Positions 60,883 to 64,000 of a stretch of 64,000 nucleotides of DNA are shown in pieces. Under the pieces are notes generated by a model that was not told the origin of the DNA, ran no database searches, and was given only the letters and a program-made list of their open reading frames with translations. The stretch's first letter is position 1, and each line of letters opens with the position of its first letter. The stretch lies in NCBI GenBank assembly GCA_965221905.1, contig OZ244922.1, forward strand, positions 128,001 through 192,000, read 5' to 3'. This DNA comes from Chloroflexota bacterium. GTDB taxonomy: Bacteria; Chloroflexota; UBA11872; VXOZ01. A program made the translations under genes and the position numbers.

Positions 60883-61262
60883 TGCGCTTGTACCGTGGCA
60901 AGATGCAAGGACAGCTTTCTTGCCACAGCAACGAGAACGTAGGGGCACGGCATGCCGTGCCCCTACGTGTCACGCAGGAAATACACGACCGCCGTGCCCC
61001 TTCATGTCTTGCGAGAATACGCGACTGCTCACCCTCATCCCCGATATGCGGCCCGGCACGGTTTGTAATGGGTTGTAGCTCTCGCGCAGTTGCCGCCGGT
61101 TCGGGTTAACGCACGTTTTCTCTTCGGCGTCCAAGCTGTCGGCGAATTGTCCGACACGAATATCCGACACGAATAAGAGTGACGTGAGCTATCACCCAAC
61201 GGAGAGATCAAGTCAAAATTCGCAGTTTCCGCAAGAATGAGTAGATTTGCACTAAATCCCCC

Positions 61263-61315
61263 TTGACATACCAATATATTGTGTTTTAGACTCTCATCTA
61301 CACAAGATATAGTGT
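61263..61315 (+). promoter_or_regulatory. sigma70 promoter overlapped by tandem NrdR-like boxes
   Basis: TTGACA-18-TAGACT. Boxes TACCAATATATTGTGT (61269) and ACACAAGATATAGTGT (61300). Confidence 0.65.
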
Positions 61316-61387
61316 GCGGTGACTATCATGCAGGGAATGTGTGGCTACGGCATAATGGGAAGAGAAACTGACGTATGCAGTACATGT

Positions 61388-61464
61388 CTCCCTGTAGCTC
61401 AGATGGATAGAGCAGCAGTTTCCTAAACTGCAGGTCGGGCGTTCGAGTCGCCCCAGGGAGGCCA
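61388..61464 (+). tRNA. tRNA-Arg(CCT)
   Basis: CTCCCTG/CAGGGAG acceptor stem, GCAGT-TTCCTAA-ACTGC anticodon arm, GTTCGAG T-loop and encoded CCA. Confidence 0.97.
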
Positions 61465-61578
61465 ACCGAATCGGAACCGGTGTGGCGCCGGTTCTTACGG
61501 TCGATCCGACCATGCGCTCATCCCGGCACTGTGGCAGTCCCGCTTCGCTGCAACACCCACGTGGAAGGATGGGACCCT

Positions 61579-62571
61579 ATGGATTCGCTAAAGCGAACAC
61601 GACGCTCGTTATTCTGTTTATTGCTCGCCTTGGCGGCGCTGCTGGCCGGATGCTCGATGCAACCGGCGGCTGGCCCGCAGACCGAGGCAGCGGCCCCTGC
61701 TGCGGTGGAAGAACCCGCGGACAGCCAGGGCTTTCCGCGCACGATTACGGATGGCTTGGGAAGCGAGGTTACGATCCCCCAAAAGCCCCAACGGATCGTT
61801 TCGCTCACCTTGGCCACGGACGAAATCCTGCTCTCGCTGGTCGCTACGGAGCGCGTGCGCGCTGTTACGTACTTGGCGGGAGACTCAATTTGGACAAATG
61901 TGAGCGAGATCGCTCGGCAGGTCGAACACACCGTGCAGTCTGATCCGGAGCAGATCATCGCCCTGGAGCCGGACCTCGTCTTGGCCGCTACCTATAACAA
62001 TCCCGACCATATAAAGCTGCTTAGAGACGCCGGCATACCGGTGGTTGTGGTGTCGCTTTTCGATTCGGTGGATCGAGTAGCGGATAACATTCGCTATGTG
62101 GCGCAGCTAACCGGCGATGAGGCACGGGCGGAAGAGTTGATCGCCGCCATGGAGGAACGGCTCGCTGCCATTGAAGCTATGGCGGCCAAGGCGGAGACGA
62201 AACCCCGTGTATTGTTCTACACTGCCTTTGGCAGCTCTGCCGGTAAGGGCTCCACCTTTAGCGACATTGTGCAGCGCGCCGGTGGCATCAACCTCGGCGA
62301 TGAGGCGCTGGACGGTCCCTTTGGCGAAATCTCGCTGGAGAAGATCGTGGAACTCAACCCCGACGTGATCGTTACCGATGAGTTTTCGCCGGAAGACAAT
62401 GCCGAGTGGCAGGAAAACTTCAGCAACCATCCCGCTTTGGCGAATGTGAACGCCAAGAAGAACGGCCGGATATACACCGTGCCTGCCCGCCACATATCCA
62501 CGCTTTCGCACTACATCGTTGAGGGTGTTTACGACGTGGCGAAGCTGCTCCATCCCGATTTGGTGAAGTGA
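61579..62571 (+). CDS. Cobalamin/Fe-siderophore ABC substrate-binding lipoprotein (BtuF-like)
   Basis: LAGC lipobox, FPRTITD.LG..PQRIVSL, EQIIALEPDLV and NPDVI. Confidence 0.88.
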   Translation: MDSLKRTRRSLFCLLLALAALLAGCSMQPAAGPQTEAAAPAAVEEPADSQGFPRTITDGLGSEVTIPQKPQRIVSLTLATDEILLSLVATERVRAVTYLAGDSIWTNVSEIARQVEHTVQSDPEQIIALEPDLVLAATYNNPDHIKLLRDAGIPVVVVSLFDSVDRVADNIRYVAQLTGDEARAEELIAAMEERLAAIEAMAAKAETKPRVLFYTAFGSSAGKGSTFSDIVQRAGGINLGDEALDGPFGEISLEKIVELNPDVIVTDEFSPEDNAEWQENFSNHPALANVNAKKNGRIYTVPARHISTLSHYIVEGVYDVAKLLHPDLVK

Positions 62572-62627
62572 GAGACCGGTGCCGGTGGTGGACAGGCGGT
62601 TACAATGCCCAACGTCGGCGCATTATG

Positions 62628-63006
62628 GTAGGGGCAACCCTTGTGGTTGCCCCTGTAGCCCCAAGGCTGTCGCAGGAAATTAAGAGGGCAACCGCGAGGA
62701 TTTCCCTACGTCGGGCGAACGTGGTCGCAACAGATAAGAGGGCAACCACGAGGGTTGCCCCTACGCCGGGGGGAACGTGTTCGCATGAAACAAGAGGGTC
62801 ACCACGAGGGTTGGCCCACAACAACGGGCGTATGTTGTTGCAACAGATAAGAGGGCCACCACGAGGGTTGCCCCTACATTGGGCGAACGTGGTCGTAACA
62901 AAGAAGAGGGCAATCACGGGGAATGCCCCTACGGCGGGTGGGCGCAGGTTTCAAACCTGCGCTACCGTGAGTCGAAGAGGAGGGCAACCCTCGTGGTTGC
63001 CCCTAC
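62628..63006. repeat. Cluster of GTAG-family REP palindromes (BIME-like)
   Basis: About 7 copies of GGGCAACC..GGTTGCCCCTAC. Related singles at about 59270 and 60939. Confidence 0.85.
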
Positions 63007-63041
63007 GTCAAGAAACCTCGCTTAGGAAGGCTCCTAGTTAC

Positions 63042-64000
63042 GTGCTGAGACGGACGTTGGATGTTGAAGCGCCGCTGGCATTGCGGCTGGCGCTGGCGGT
63101 GGGTGTGCTCGTGCTGCTGCTGTTCCTGTCGTTTGTGGTGACCATGGCGTTTGGCGCTGTGGACGTGCCGGTGGGCGTTACCGCTTCGATTGTCCTGCAG
63201 CAGATGGGCATTCCTCTCGGCGCGACGGCTACCGACGTGCAATGGAGCATCATCAGCCACGTGCGTCTGCCGCGTGTGCTGACGGCGGCGCTGGTGGGCG
63301 CGGCGCTCGCGGTGGCAGGCGCTACTATGCAAGGTATCTTTCGCAATCCGCTTGCCGACCCCGGTATCATTGGAGTTTCCGCGGGTGGAGCGCTGGGCGC
63401 GGTGATTGCTATTCACTTTGGTTTCCGCAGCCTGCACTATTTGGCGACCCCGGCACTGGCCTTTCTGGGCGCGCTGGGCGCCGTGATGCTGGTGTACGTG
63501 CTGGCTGCCACGCGGGGCGTTGACCCGCTGACAACGATGATCCTCGCAGGCGTAGCAGTGCAAGCCTTTATCGGCTCTGTTATCTCGGCAGTGCTCACGC
63601 TCACGGCCAATGTCAACTCCATGCGCGAGATCGTGTTCTGGCTCACGGGCAGTCTCGGCGCCCGCAGTTGGACCCACGTACAGCTTATCTTGCCGTTCAT
63701 CGTGGTTGGGAGCCTGCTCTTGCTCTTCTTTGCACGCGACCTTAATCTAATGGCGTTAGGAGAAGACTCTGCGCGGAGCATGGGGGTCAACGTGCGGAGA
63801 GTCCGGTTGATCATGCTGGCGCTGGCGGCACTCATCACGGCGGTTGCCGTGGCGGTGAGCGGGATCATTGGCTTTGTCGGCCTGGTCGTACCCCACATGG
63901 TGCGCTTGGTGGTAGGCCCCGACCATCGCATTGTGCTCCCCACAAGTCTCTTGACGGGGGCGGTATTGCTTACGTGGGCCGACTTTGGGTCGCGGCTGCT
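63042..64000 (+). CDS. FecCD/BtuC-family ABC permease (partial)
   Basis: RLPRV..GATMQGIFRNPLADPGIIGVSAG and GIIGFVGLVVPH. Confidence 0.92.
   Translation, partial: MLRRTLDVEAPLALRLALAVGVLVLLLFLSFVVTMAFGAVDVPVGVTASIVLQQMGIPLGATATDVQWSIISHVRLPRVLTAALVGAALAVAGATMQGIFRNPLADPGIIGVSAGGALGAVIAIHFGFRSLHYLATPALAFLGALGAVMLVYVLAATRGVDPLTTMILAGVAVQAFIGSVISAVLTLTANVNSMREIVFWLTGSLGARSWTHVQLILPFIVVGSLLLLFFARDLNLMALGEDSARSMGVNVRRVRLIMLALAALITAVAVAVSGIIGFVGLVVPHMVRLVVGPDHRIVLPTSLLTGAVLLTWADFGSRL

Noticed and set aside
61388-61464. tRNA-Arg as an integration site for the islands in this window
   Set aside because: No duplicated 3' tRNA fragment or integrase was seen.
61470-61560. Cobalamin riboswitch before the BtuF-like gene
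   Set aside because: CCGGTG..CCGG and CCCGGCACTGT loosely resemble the core, but AGGGAA and the B12-box are not evident. It needs an Infernal scan, and the hairpin may just follow the tRNA.
62628-63006. CRISPR array
   Set aside because: Repeats are degenerate and in both orientations, and the linkers are related to each other. This is a REP cluster.

Overview
GC-rich bacterial chromosomal window. It is most consistent with a Chloroflexota-like, possibly host-associated genome, but that is inference from gene content and repeat types. Housekeeping and metabolic genes include rpmI-rplT, uvrB, purD, a CCA-type nucleotidyltransferase, moaD/E, tRNA-Arg(CCT), a GH15 hydrolase, four GT4s and ABC transporter parts. 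These are interspersed with several lower-GC accessory islands: (i) an XRE + ImmA/IrrE regulator pair divergent from a ubiquitin-like / ThiF(E1) / DUF6527-like operon, followed by a NotI-family R-M pair (2.6-7.5 kb); (ii) a methyltransferase - 4TM protein - DGQHR operon (9.5-12.5 kb); (iii) an XRE-NYN fusion and hicAB (20.8-23.5 kb); (iv) IS481 and a three-gene PIN operon split by IS5 (27-32 kb); (v) MNT/HEPN plus a large PD-(D/E)XK protein (41.2-43.7 kb). Non-coding highlights are a probable oriC unlinked to dnaA (about 47.8-48.15 kb), tandem NrdR-like boxes over the promoter of tRNA-Arg and a BtuF/BtuC-like transporter, a possible 6S-like hairpin RNA, and at least four REP-like palindrome families, one of which is translated inside a glycosyltransferase. 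All family calls come from motif recognition by eye. No database searches were run.
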